Assembly: GCA_964016885.1 (NCBI GenBank)
Contig: OZ024740.1
Coordinates: 316,138,001 to 316,202,000 of the forward strand
Reading direction: 5' to 3'
Length of the DNA: 64,000 nucleotides
From: Eledone cirrhosa
Taxonomy: Eukaryota
Positions 15,046-27,639 of the stretch are shown here, in pieces (within the stretch, counting starts at the first letter, position 1; the number at the start of each line of letters is the position of its first letter). The position numbers and the translations under genes were made by a program. The notes under the pieces are model-generated. The model was not told where the DNA came from. It saw nothing but the letters and a program-made list of their open reading frames with translations, and did no database searches.

Positions 15046-15579
15046 CATACCCACCTCTGTATTCTTTGCCAGCCAACTTTGACATCACTCTACTGTTGTT
15101 TTCCTCACCAACTTATTAACTTTCCACCAATCAACTCTTATTCTTTCTTCATACTAGTATGTTCATAACTATTGAAGTGTATTTATCTAATTTATTCTTT
15201 GTTTCAATATTACAAACTATTAACAATTTTTACTTGATAATGCACCAAACTGTTAAATAATCCTCTTCTGAAGATGGTCACAGGTGCAGCTGAAAGCATG
15301 AAATTACATCTATCTGGAACTTTCTTTTTGTGTTATCTTTAGTAACATACAGAGTTACTTGTGACTATGTTAACTCAATATGCGTTAAGATTTGCATGCA
15401 TTAGTGTGTGAGTGTATTATATACATATATATATATTCCCTTTTTCTTTGCTGAAGCTAGGTATATGACTTTAGTCACTACCATAAATTCATAGCAAAAA
15501 GCCTTCAAAATATTTTAAAATAAACATACAGTATATTATTAAATATACAATATGTACTTTCATATATATATCGCTATTT

Positions 15580-15715
15580 CAGAGCTCCAACACAAATATA
15601 TATCTTTATTTTTTATAGAAATGATTTCTACAGGACTGATGATTTCATATGAATTAAACAGTTTTAGATCTGTAGAAGTCATTTCGATATAAAATATATC
15701 AATGTATTGAGTACC
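15580..15715. repeat. Imperfect palindrome, probably an old MITE
   Basis: gaaatgatttctacag ... ctgtagaagtcatttc around the centre ttcatatgaa. Confidence 0.6.
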
Positions 15716-16404
15716 TTTTGTAATTTTGGTTACCTCCTGATACCCATATATATATATATATGTTGTTGTACTTTGGGTGGGTCACACTGCCAATAAAAAC
15801 ACATACACCAGTTAATTTTCACTTCCTTATTATTATTAGTGAGGTAACTAATCCATTACTTGGTTAGTTTAGTAGCCAGATGGTTATTTGATTGTCAAAA
15901 CACTTTTGTCACACATTCCATGACTGTCTCAATGATTTGGCCCGCTGATAATCAATAAATGTGGTTGGCACTAAGGAAGGGCATCCAGCTGTAGAAACCA
16001 AGCCAAAATAAGTTCTGTATGAGCAAGACATGGTCACCTGACATGGCTTGTCTCACAATGGGATAACTTGTCTAACCCATGCTAGCGTGGACATTACAAG
16101 GTGATGATAATGAAAGGTTCCTCACATTGACATAAAACTTCTAATTTGAATGAACTCTGATATATTTATTACTTGATATTGTCCTCAGATGGATGAAAAA
16201 GAAAGTCAACCATACTGAAATTTAAACTCAGAATGGTAAAAAATATCAATAAAAACTGTAAGGAATCGCAATTATTTTTATTAAATATGATAATAACAAA
16301 AAGGGTTAGAAGATAGGAAGACCTGAAAATACTATAATAAAGGAATGTATGTACAATTAGTAAAATTGTAAATTTAGACATTATTTTAATCATCATCTTT
16401 ATTG

Positions 16405-16600
16405 CTCGTGGATTGGCAGTATCAATAGAGCATCAGACACCATGCTTTGCAGCATAGTTATGGCCCTTGACGTTCTGAGTTCAAATCCCGCCAAGGTTAA
16501 CTTTGCCTTTCATACTTATGGGGTTGATAAAATAAAGTACCAGTAATGCACTGGGATAATTGCTGGCCTTGTGTCAAAAGTAGAAACAATTATTTTAATC
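16405..16600 (+). mobile_element. Meta-like tRNA SINE, short-tail form
   Basis: A box tggcagtatcaatagag, B box gttcaaatcc, core, and tail ggccttgtgtcaaaagtagaaacaattatt. Confidence 0.8.
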
Positions 16601-16951
16601 ATCATCTTTATTTGGAAGTTTGCTGGAATTTAACTATATAAATAGAGGTAAGAAACTCTCAGGAGAACTCAATAACAGGTCTTCAGAGAAGAACCGCCCC
16701 CGCTTCAAGCAAATGTTTCGTCCCTGTTATTATTAGAAAAAACTAAGACTACCTAGAGTCTAAGTAAATGAATTTTCTTTGGCTATTTTTTGTTGTTATT
16801 CTTTGACTGGTTCCTGTACATTATCTATGCATGTCGTACAAAGCCCTTTCAAAATCAAATTAATAGTTGCAACTTTGAGACAATAAATTCTTTCTGTTTA
16901 TCATTGAGTATTGATTAGGCCATTCCAGATTTATTGACTCATATTGCTTGC

Positions 16952-17156
16952 TTTAACCTTTTAGCATTTAAACTGGCTAGAATTCTCTCACCTTGTTCAT
17001 TTCAAACTGGCCGTATCTGGCCCTTCAAACTGATAAGTTCTCAAAATAAGTATCAAAATTTCATAGATTCGATATTATGAGATAATTATGTGAGGTAAAG
17101 CCTTTACCACGAAAATATAATAGTATATTTAAAGTAATATAAATGGTAAAGGGTTA
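16952..17156. mobile_element. piggyBac-like MITE family B (also 7846-8090, 20853-21079, 46152-46366, 56229-56455)
   Basis: ttaaccttttagcatttaaa ... taaagggttaa termini with TTAA; shared interior among copies. Confidence 0.7.
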
Positions 17157-17559
17157 AGGTAATGATAACAAGGGTAAATTTCTATTATATTGGATTACAA
17201 ACGAGAGAAGGATTACTTTACTGAGGAAACAGCTTTAGAATTCATCTTCTTGTCACCTGAACAATCACATATGGTGAGAAACTCTGAGTAGCAAGGGAGT
17301 GAGTTATTATATATGTTCAAATATGTGTGCGTGCATGTGGTAACTAGATATACATGATCCTAACAAGGTACATTTTTATTTGTCTAATTAAGGCATTTAT
17401 TCATTGAGAACCTTCTACAACTAATTAGAAATTAGTTTAGTTGGTGCTATGGACAATGTCCATATGAAATAAATATATGAAAAGAATGAATCTCGGATAT
17501 ATCTATATAAAGAAAATATGCATATGTTTACCAGGATACCTTTCAGGACACACACACAC

Positions 17560-18515
17560 CATCAGCAGCATCATCATCATCACAATCGTCATTGTTTTAA
17601 TGTCTGCTTTCCCTGCTAACAAGGGTTGGATAGGTCTACATAGACCAAGTCAGAAATGAAGCAGGGCTACTGGCTTCCCAGACAGGCTGTGGGATCTGCA
17701 TCTCGCTTATGTATGGTCTCAACATTTTATCAAGTGGACAGGAGAGGTTGTCGTGTCTTTGGCATGACTGAAGGGTCCTTCGAATCCTTTCTATGGCTGG
17801 ATGCCCTTCCCATTACCAACCACTTTACTGTGTGTACTGGGTGTGTTTATCATATAGATCACCAACACTAGAGAGGTTGCTGTATTGTGGCATGACTGAA
17901 GGGTCTGCCTCTTCCACAGGTCACAGCTAGTGGGGTTTCTCTGCATTTCTATGCAGATACTATTCTCCATATGCATCACATGTCCATACCAATGCAGTCT
18001 TCTCTCTGGCACACCACATACAATTCTTCTTATATCAACATTTTCCCTCAGTTTATGCTAAGTTGTTCATGCACACTAACATCACACATCTATCAGAGCA
18101 TACTTGATTCATTTCTTTCTAGCCTCTGCAGGTCTTATGCTGTCAAGGCCCACGATTCACTGCCATGTAGTGTTGCAGTTTTCACATAGGCATCCTACTC
18201 TGAGAGAAATGTATGTTGTTGTCAGCAGCAGTAATAGATATCTAAACTTCTTCCAGCCTGATCTTAACCTAGCTATCACACTTTTGGCACATCCTTCCCC
18301 ACTGCTAATTTGATTACTTAAGTAGCGAAAGCTGTTAACAACTTTTAGGAATCCCTCCCCCAGTAACTGAAGGAATCTATATCATGTGTGCATTTTGTGC
18401 TCACTTCACCTGATCATCTACTGCATATAAAGTCTATTTTTTCCATTAGCCTACCTACAATCCCCTTACATCTCTTGTGTGTCCATAAATTACATTGTGT
18501 CCACCTCATGGTATT
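17560..18515 (-). mobile_element. Old degenerate RTE of the PHD-bearing lineage (RT C-terminal part and 3' UTR)
   Basis: Minus strand gives QCNLWTHKRCKGIVGRLMEKIDFICSR, ARLRSGWKKFR and ERRLHWYGHVMHM. Confidence 0.8.
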
Positions 18516-19356
18516 TCATTGACATTGTCAATAAAATCCTGTAAGGTAGACATGATGATGTGTAAATGTCAATGATAGGGTAAATGTCAATGATAGGGTA
18601 AATGTCAGTGATGGGTAAATGTTAATGGAGATATCAAGAGACAATGGTGGTGAACAGTTGAGGGTGGTGGCATTTGATATGGAAGGGTTAATGCCCTCTC
18701 TCAACACAACATCGTGATAAGAGTTAGATATAATGATAGAAGGCTGGAGGTGAGAGAGAGGTATAGTGGTGGTGGTGGTGGTGGTGTAGTGATAGAGAGG
18801 TGGAGGTATAGTGGTGGTGGTGTAGTTTTAGAGAGGTGAAGGTGAGAGTGTATTGGTAGAGTGATGTAGATTAGAGAGAGGGTGGGGGAGAGATAGTGAT
18901 AAATATAATGGATACCTGAATACAGTTAAAGCAAATGTCCTCTCTACTCAACATGGAACAGTGAATAGGGTGGGGGGATAATAGGTGGACAGGGAGAAAA
19001 TAAGGCAATAGAGTGAGACTTAACAAAGATGTAGTAGACAAGAGGCCCTTTGATATATCATTTGTCTCAGTTTCCATCACCAAAATCTTTATTTTAACAA
19101 CCATTTAGCCATGCTTACATTGGTAGGTCAGTTTCCAACAGAAGTAACAATTACGTACATTATATTGGTACTCTGGTTATATGATATGTGTTATAAGATG
19201 TGGTTCTCTGACCCTATCTAATTTCAAATATGACAACCCCTGCTAGCATGGAAAGATGGAAAATGGCCATAAAAGGATTATAATGATGTTGAACCTCTGT
19301 TCAACCCAGAAGAGTAAGTCAGCAGTTTAAAGTTAACTTTGTTTATTCATATTCGC

Positions 19357-19409
19357 TGTTATATATTTCGGTGATAACCATGATTCAGTAGATATGACCT
19401 CATCAGACA
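19357..19409 (-). ncRNA. Minimal type I hammerhead ribozyme motif
   Basis: Minus strand TGT-CTGATGA-GGT[24 nt]ACC-GAAA-TATA-T-A-ACA, with AATAAA 9 nt downstream. Confidence 0.7.
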
Positions 19410-19646
19410 CCTAGAATTTGAACAGAAAAAACAAAAACATAATGATGGAACAAAGTTTACCTCTGTTATTTCGATCTATTGATATGCCCAGTCCCAAAGT
19501 ATGGTGTTCTTTTTTCAAAGATATATATATATATACGTCAATACTCATCTTTTTCCATTTCTCGAGAGTTCTTAACCCCACTATCAGGCTAAATAATTTC
19601 TTTAATTTCTTTAGTCAAAATACGGCGATAGCTTACATTTCTAATA

Positions 19647-19680
<34 letters not shown>

Positions 19681-20020
19681 GAAGGCGCATAACTTAGTGG
19701 TTAGAGCATTGGGTTTGCAATCGAAAGGTTGTGAGTTCAATTCTCAGACCGGGTGATGTGTTGTTTCCTTGAGCAAGACACTTTATTTCACATTACTCCA
19801 GTTTACTCAGCTGTAGAAATGAGATGATAGGGACTGGGGGTCCATATCATTCCACTACAAAGTGGTCGTGGAGGTGCCACAGCAAAAAAGCACCCAGCAC
19901 TCACTGTAAATGAGGTTGGTGTTAGGAAGGGCATCCAGCTGTAGAAATCCACCCAGTATCAGTTCCCGTCCCACCCTTGCAAGCAGGGAAAAGCGGACGT
20001 AAAATGATGATGATGATGAT
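19681..20020 (+). mobile_element. tRNA/CORE-like SINE with RTE-derived tail
   Basis: A box ttagtggttagagc, B box gagttcaattc, CORE-like ccttgagcaagacacttt...cagctgtagaaatg, tail matching 32410-32560, then (GAT)n. Confidence 0.85.
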
Positions 20021-20029
20021 ACACACACA

Positions 20030-20113
<84 letters not shown>

Positions 20114-20130
20114 TGTATGTATGCGTGCGT
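20021..20130. repeat. (CA)n(CGCA)n microsatellite
   Basis: Visible directly. Confidence 0.95.
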
Positions 20131-21369
20131 AGCAAAGCGAAAAGTTTGTGAATGCTTGTCTATTGAAGATTACTAAACAAACTTCACATAGTATCTTCTG
20201 TTGATTGGACTCAATTCAAAAGTATTCTCTGGTTCATTGAAGTTAAAGAAGTTGAAACTATTGAGAAACTAGTCATCTCAAGTATATAATACAGAAGGCC
20301 TTTTGACATAACTACATTACTTTACAAAAGACATACAAGTTGTAATCAATTGTTGCTATTATTTAGCTTCCCCCACTACCACCAACACGACCACACATGC
20401 ACATACACTTCTATGTTAGTTCACATTGACTAGACCTGTGATCGAAGGCATTCCAGCCATGACTATCCCATTCTTAAGATTGTATATCTAGGTCTACATT
20501 ATCCACTATGTTCTCCCCGCTTTCAAGTCAGTAAAGTATAACTTGATGGAGATATGCTGCTATTTCTATCATATCAAGAAATCACATAGGAACTCCATCA
20601 TTGGCTCAAGTCATTTCCCATTAACCCTTTTATGCCCATATATCTAATGAAATACTTGGTATTTTAATTAATTAATGAAAAATTTTAAGAAATTTATTAA
20701 TTATTTCATAACTAAGTTAGTAACTTAATATAAAATTATATAAAATTACATTGAAAGATTTTAATCTAAATAGGAACCCTTTAAAATGGGTGGTTTTATT
20801 TTATAGAACCAGAGCCAGTTTTGAGGCAGATTGGTATAAAAAGGGTTAAACCTTAACCCTTTAATGTTCAAACCAGCCAAAACCGGCCAGAATTCTCTAT
20901 CTCTTTCTGTTGAAACTGGCTGTAACTGGTCGCTCAAACTTATGTTAAGGTATTGTTCTCAAAATAAATACTTTCAAAATCTCATAGATTCGATATTATG
21001 TGAGATATTATGTGAGGTAAAGCCTTTACCATGAAAATATAATAGTATATATAGAGTAATATGAATACTAAAGGGTTAAAACTAAGCAGCCATAATATTA
21101 TGAGAGAGACAGTTGTTTGACTTGAAGTACATCACCTTTATTCTTACACATGTCCTCTCCATGTTGAATATAAAAGACCTACATTCTGTATAGCAACTTC
21201 CTTTATTCAGTTATCAGAATCTGGAACAGTTTTCTAAAAGATGTCATTGTTGTTACATCTGTTTAGTGTCAAGTTAGCTCTGATTGAGCTATTCTATGTT
21301 CTTTCTTTTTCATGTTCACTTAGGTGACTGAATAGATACTATTGCCTTGATTGACTACAATTAATGATA

Positions 21370-22218
21370 TTGGCAGTTATTGGTAGAGCGTCGGAAAACA
21401 TGCTTTGTAGCATAGAGTTACAGCCCTTTGCATTCTGACCTCAAATCTCACCGAGGTTAGCTTTGCCTTTCATCCTTACAGGATTGAAAAAATAAAGTAC
21501 CAGTAATGCACTAGGATCGATTTAATCGACTTTCCCCTACTCCACAAAATTTTCTGGCCTTGTCCCTAAATCAGAGACCATTATTACTACTTGTGCCAAA
21601 AGTAGAAACAATTATTACTATTATTATTAAACAGTATCGGTAGAGAGTCGGATGACATGCTTTGACGCATAGAGTTACGGCCCTTGCCATTCTGAGTTCA
21701 AATCCCGCCGAGGTTTACTTTGCCTTTCATCCTTACAGGGTCGATAAAATAAAGTACCAGTAATGCACTGGGTAATTGCTGGCCTTGTGCCTAAAGTAGA
21801 AACAATTATTAAAGGCTGTGGATTGGCAGTATCGGCAGAGGGTCGGACACCATCCTTTCTAGCATACTTACGTCCCTTTACGGTCTGAGTTCAAATCTCA
21901 TTGAGGTTAACTTTGCCTTTCATCCTTACAAGGTTGATAAAATAAAGTACCAGTAATGTACTGGGATAATTGCTGGCCTTGTGCCAAAAGTAGAAACAAT
22001 TATTAAATTGGCAGAATCGGTAGAGCGTTGGACAACATGCTTTGCAGCATAGAGTTATGGCACTTTACATTCTGAGTTCAAATCCTGCTGAGGTTAGCTT
22101 TGCCTTTCATCCTTACGGAGTCGATAAAATAAAGTACCAGTAATGCACTGGGGTCGATTTAATCGACTATCCCCTCCCCTAAACTTGCTGGCCTTGTGCC
22201 TATATAAGAAACCATTAT
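21370..22218 (+). mobile_element. Head-to-tail array of four Meta-like SINEs plus an extra tail
   Basis: gcctttcatccttac..g.tcgataaaataaagtaccag occurs four times, each unit ending in attatta. Confidence 0.9.
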
Positions 22219-22574
22219 TTACTGTTTAGTCAAGAAGTGAAGAGTAGTTCCCATGACCTTTTCTGTTTTCAGAGCCTCTGAGATTGGTGGGAGGAAGATA
22301 TTTTCAAACTGAAACCTGGCCTGAATGCTTGTAACAGAGTGGGCTTTGCTAAAGGCAATCAAAAACTCAAAATGCAAAGAGCCAAAGCAAATATCACAAA
22401 GCATCTTGTTTAATACTCTAACAACTCTACTAATCCACAGGCTAGGACCAGTAATTTATTTTATACTTACTGGATGGATGAAAGGCAAAGGATTTGAACT
22501 TAAGAGTACTGGAACAAATACTGCAAGATATTATGTTTTATGCTCTAATATTCTAAATAGTCACACTGCAGCAG

Positions 22575-23485
22575 GTCTTTGAGAAATCGTGGGAGTACTG
22601 CCAACTTTGTAGACATCAAAAAGGTATACAACCGCATTCCATGAGACCTGCTGGTATTGCAGTAGTATGGGATTGATAAACAGCTTCTTGTTGCCTTAAT
22701 GTTTCTATACGAATGCCTAGTGTTCAGATAAATGGTACTAAATCGAAACCATTCCATATGGAAATTGGACTCTGCCAAGGGTGCATACTGCCACCTCTCC
22801 TGTTCATAATCTTCTTGAACTGGATTAAAATTCACAGCCGGGTTGCAAGTGGTATCACATCTGACAGATGTAGGATCAGTCAGCTGGAATTTGTAGATGA
22901 GATGGTATTATTTAACTCATCAGAAGGTGATCTCTGATTAGCACTTGATAGGTTTGATGTTGAGTGCTGCACAGCTGGAATGAAAATCAGTGATGTGAAG
23001 ACTGAGACACTCATCCTCTCAAGGAAGCCTGTCCAGTGCACTCTACATGTAGGTGGAATTCCACTGAAGCAGGTGGAGAGATTCAAGCATCTCAGGGCTA
23101 TGTTCACGAGTGGTGGAAGGTAGAAAGCTGAGTTAGTGCAAGAATTGCAGGAGCTGGAGAGTAATGAATCTTGGGTAATGACCAAAAGAATATAATTGCG
23201 AAATGGGATTCCTCTGTAGGGCCTTTGGAGTAACATTATTTGATAGAGTGTATAGCTCAAAGATAAGAGAGTCGCTTCAAGTAGAGCTGCTACTTTTCTG
23301 AAATTGAGAGATCACAGCTCCAAAACTATGGGCATGTGGTTAGAATGTCTCAGGAAAGAATTGCTGGACAGATTTTATGGGCAAAACAAACTTGCAGGTG
23401 ACCCAGGAGTAGACCCCAAGCAAGATGGTTGGAAAGAGTGTTTGGATTTTCCCCCCACAATCTTCCCAGGAATAAGTGGTCGGAG
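22575..23485 (+). mobile_element. Degenerate Expander/Rex3-like RTE RT fragment without PHD insertion
   Basis: GLCQGCILPPLLFIIF, FVDEMVL and GMKISDVKTETLILSRK...QVERFKHL, with stops. Confidence 0.75.
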
Positions 23486-23799
23486 AAGAACTTCTAACAA
23501 TGTTGCCAATTTGCTTCCTATATTCTATGAATACAGCAGTCTTTGATATTATGAAGATGCATTTATATAAAGAATAGAATATGTAATATATACGATATCC
23601 ATTATAAGGCTAGTGTAGTCATTAGTTATTTATTTATTACTTCATTTTCTCTTCATAAGATTTACTAAAGTACCTTAAATGCTATAATATATCTAACCAT
23701 TCTACTGTTTTACTGTATAATTAATCAGTTTGGCGTTTGGCATCTGTGTCTATTGAGTTATTCATCTTTTGAAAGTGTTTATATAACATAACAGCAGTG

Positions 23800-24300
23800 T
23801 TACATCAGATAACCTTGGATAAATTAATGATAAAAATTATTGTGTACAGTGGTCAGATGCACTACAACTCGTCAAAGGTGCATGTATAGAACATAGATAA
23901 TGTACAAATGTCAGGAAAGTAAGGTCTCTGCTTTGAACATACATATTTCCAGAACACTTTGCTGTCAGGGCTGGCTGCTATACACTGCTCAAATTCAAGC
24001 ACTACCTTTTTTGCCACCTGCTTGAGATGGTTGGATGATCTATTGCACTTTTTTCTATTAACCCTTGATCAATCTTATCTGTATTCCCATTCAGCATCAC
24101 AACGTTCTTTCCTGACAAGTCTGACTGTTGCAGTCTCCCAAATAGCACTTTTGGAATGTTTTTTGTGCTTACGTGGTACTGATGCCGAACGTGTTGTCCA
24201 TATTGAATTCAGGATGTTCTGAAGTATAGTATTCACATCTGCAGCTGCTAGTTGCTCAGGCAAAGTTTAGTTCAATAGCACCATGTAATATTGATTCTTG
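23800..24300 (-). mobile_element. Possible CR1/L2-type LINE remnant
   Basis: Minus strand ...SKVFWKYV resembles the LINE EN-RT linker; multiple stops. Confidence 0.35.
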
Positions 24301-24577
24301 ACTGATATTTCAGGTTATAGAGTAGTCTTGAACTAGTTGCAGGAACTATTTCAGTAAAAGTAAAGATAAAGGCTCCTTAACTCCTGATGGAGTTGTAGGG
24401 GTGCTGTCCTGACAGATTGCATGTCTTGGACATTATAAAACTGTGGTCTCCCTTTTCCACTTAATTTGACCTTGCCTTCTATGTGCTCTCTAACTCAAAT
24501 ATAACCATGCAAACTGTTGATTTATACATTCTAAACCATATTCAAGTAAAAGTCATGTTAGGTTAACAACCCTCCAT

Positions 24578-24938
24578 TTAATAATTGTTTCTACTTTTTG
24601 GCACAAGGCCAGCAATTACCCAGTACATTACTGGTACTTTATTTTATCGACCCCGTAAGGATGAAAGGAAAAGTTAACCTCAGCGGGATTTGAACTCAGA
24701 TCGTTAAGGGACGTAACTATGCTGGAAAGCATGGTGTCTGACCCTCTACCGATACTGCCAATCCACCTTTTAATAACACTCCATTTAATAATTGTTTCTA
24801 CTATTGGCATAAGGCCAGCAATTACCCAGTACATTACTGGTACTTTATTTTATCGACCCCGTAAGGATGAAAGGCAAAGTTAACCTCGGCGGGATTTGAA
24901 CTCAGAATGGCAAGGGCCGTAACTCTATGCGTCAAAGT
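24578..24938 (-). mobile_element. Two tandem Meta-like SINEs
   Basis: Two reverse-complement copies of tail, core and B box. Confidence 0.85.
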
Positions 24939-26359
24939 TCTTTTATTTCTAGTTCATTCATCATCCTCATTGTCATTTTAACATTTGTTTTCCCTGCTAG
25001 TAAGGATAAGACAGTACTGAAGCAGAGCCACTGATCTCTCAGACAGGCCAGGGATCTGTGTCTCACTTATGTACAGTCTCATGTTCCACCATACATACAC
25101 ATGACACAGATCTCTAACCTGTCTGGGAGTCAGAGCTGTATCCTCTATTTGTCTTTTCTATAACTATTACAAAGATATAAAATTGGCAGAGTCATTAGAA
25201 TGCCAGATAGAATACTTTATAGTATCCATTCTGGCTTTCTGTAATCTGAGTTCAAATCCCACCAAGATCAATTTTACCTTTTGTCCTTTAGAGGTCGATA
25301 AAAATGTACCAGTCTAGTACTAGGGTTAATTCTTCCTCTATATCTCTTTCTCACTTCTTTTTTATCACTCTATTTCTTTCTATGAAAAAAAAACCGGTTG
25401 GAAATGAGATGAGCTCTACCAGGTTGTAAAAATTCACAAGTAGCATCATATGTCATTTCAGCACCCTTATGACTCCACTAGGAGTTATGGGTGCATATTT
25501 ACAGAACTACTACAACTGCTCATACTTCTCTGAACTTTCTGAGTTTATATTGCCTTCATTTTTTTCTTCTTGCTCTTGCTCGATGAGACTGGGGTTATCT
25601 GAGGTCAGTGATCTAGAGGCATCATCATGCATAGAGCTGACCATGTCCACCAGTACACTCCATCACTGGTGGTCCCATGCCACCCCTTCTACATCCTCCA
25701 AGGATTCACCTTAGACTACTTATTGCAACTGCTGTCACTCCTACTATAACTTTTTACAACTATAACCTTCTGAAACTATCTGTTTCTCTCTCGTTTCTCA
25801 TTTATAACAATCTAAACACTCAATTTCTTTATATTTATCTCTCATTAGGGATTCTAAGAAGATTGTGAGCACTCTCCCTTCTTCATAGAGGGTCGATAAA
25901 ATAAAGTACCAGTAATGCGCTGGTATCATTGCTGGCTTTGTACCAAAAGTAGAAACAATTATTATTAGAAGGAAATTAAATTAATTTAATGACTACTTAT
26001 CTATTGACATGCTTAAATAAAGAAATATCTCTACTGACATGCTTAATCAAGTATTTGAATACATTTTCAATATTCTTAAAATGAATATCTAATGAAGAAT
26101 AAATGAGGTGGCAGTGCCTGGAGGTAGATACCAAACATAATAACAATATATTACATTATATCTAAGGAACTACACATGTGTGAGTGTCCCTAGACTGCCA
26201 CCTAGTGTCTACATACACTCTCTTCTTTTCAGCTCTAGAACATAAAAGCTTAAATAAAAGATGATCTGAAGAAGGAAGAACCCTAAGCTGGTGATGAATT
26301 CACAGACATCTTACTTGATGGCTGTGACAGAAAGAAAGGAAGAGGAGATGGAGAGTTAT

Positions 26360-26592
26360 AGTCGAAAGTTTGTCTTGAGCCCAGAGGCTCATCAGGGCGG
26401 TGCTTATCTCGGTTTCCATGGCTTGAAGCAACTGAGAGTACAAAACCTTCCCCTGGACAGGATGCCAGTCCATCACAGGGTCAAACCACCTGCTGGTACT
26501 CATTTTCAGCTGAGTATACTGAAGCAACATGAAATGAAGTGTTTTGCTCAAGAACACAACACACAACCCAGTCAAGGAATCAAACCCCTGAC
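26360..26592 (-). mobile_element. CORE-like SINE with non-RTE tail (second copy 59090-59358)
   Basis: Reverse complement of ttcttgagcaaaacacttcatttca...cagctgaaaatgagt, then gactggcatcctgtccagggg...ctgatgagcct. Confidence 0.75.
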
Positions 26593-27639
26593 ATTTATTT
26601 TTCTAAGCTCAAAAGTCAACACATGAATGAATTTCAATCCAATCCAGAGCCTTGTCACTCCTGTTGACGGAACCCCTCCTTGGTTGACTTCCACTGCTTT
26701 CTGTTTGGTTTTAGTCATGTCAGATGGATAGCTGTACTCACCTCACTTGGCCAATTGCAGGTTGGTGAGGCTATTTAACCCATAGTTAGGGTGGCTGACT
26801 GTTGACTTTTAACAGCTCTTGTTTATTTGTGCTGCTGGGGTTCCACTTACCCTCCTCACCAGACCAGGGGCTGGTGGAGGAGCCAGTTGAGTCGCCAACC
26901 ACACAACCATGAAGCAGGTTGTACTGGGTTTCATGGTACCAGTAGCAGGCAGACGCCTGACTTGACATTGAATGAATTAGTTATGAATGATTTAGAACCA
27001 TGAAAATAACACAATACTAGAGTTAAAGCAATATCAAGAAGACAGCATAGTTGGAGAAAATTAATAAATTACAGTCACAGTTGTTGCTATTTAAAGTCAT
27101 TCTAAACAAATGTTTTAGTTTCAATATATAATGTCACAAAGAAAACATTGTTTCTGTTTGATATTGTTTTGGATAAATTTTCAATGTCATGATTGTAAAA
27201 ATATATTTGTAAGTGGCAGGACACCCACTGACAAAGATTTGCTTGGAAAATACTGTAACACTAAAGTTTTTATCATTTATACTAGTTTATATAACACTTT
27301 AGTAGGAAAAGACATGCTAGGCTGCCAAAAAAAAAAAAAAAAAGAGCAGCCATTTGCATTTAACATTCAAAACAATCACATCACACAACAACATTTTAAA
27401 TACATTTATATATATATATGCGTGTGTCAGTGAAAGAGATGAAGAGACTTTAAGCTGTATGCTATAAGATGAAAGATAGTGAAAGAAAAGAAAAAAGCAA
27501 AATAGTAAGAATGTTTCCAACCATTAATATACCTACATAAACCTCTGTGTACTATCAATTAATGACAACTATGAATTTTTTTATTAGGGTGAATATAACT
27601 GTTGTCAAATTTTGTTTCAAATTTTGTAGTTCCTCTCAT

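Noticed and set aside
15636-15670. CTGATGA...TAAAC inside a long stem, as a hammerhead
   Set aside because: G12 is missing and the region is better explained as a DNA palindrome.
19681-19755. tRNA gene (also 59378-59450)
   Set aside because: tRNA-like head continues into SINE body; no proper acceptor stem or terminator.
26375-26420. CTGATGAG hairpin in the CORE SINE tail (minus strand), as a hammerhead
   Set aside because: No GAAA after stem II and no stem III or cleavage site.
26640-26970. GC-richer segment as a LINE 5' UTR with an HDV-like ribozyme
   Set aside because: Only a ctcacc/ggtgag hairpin was found; the nested double pseudoknot could not be assigned by eye.
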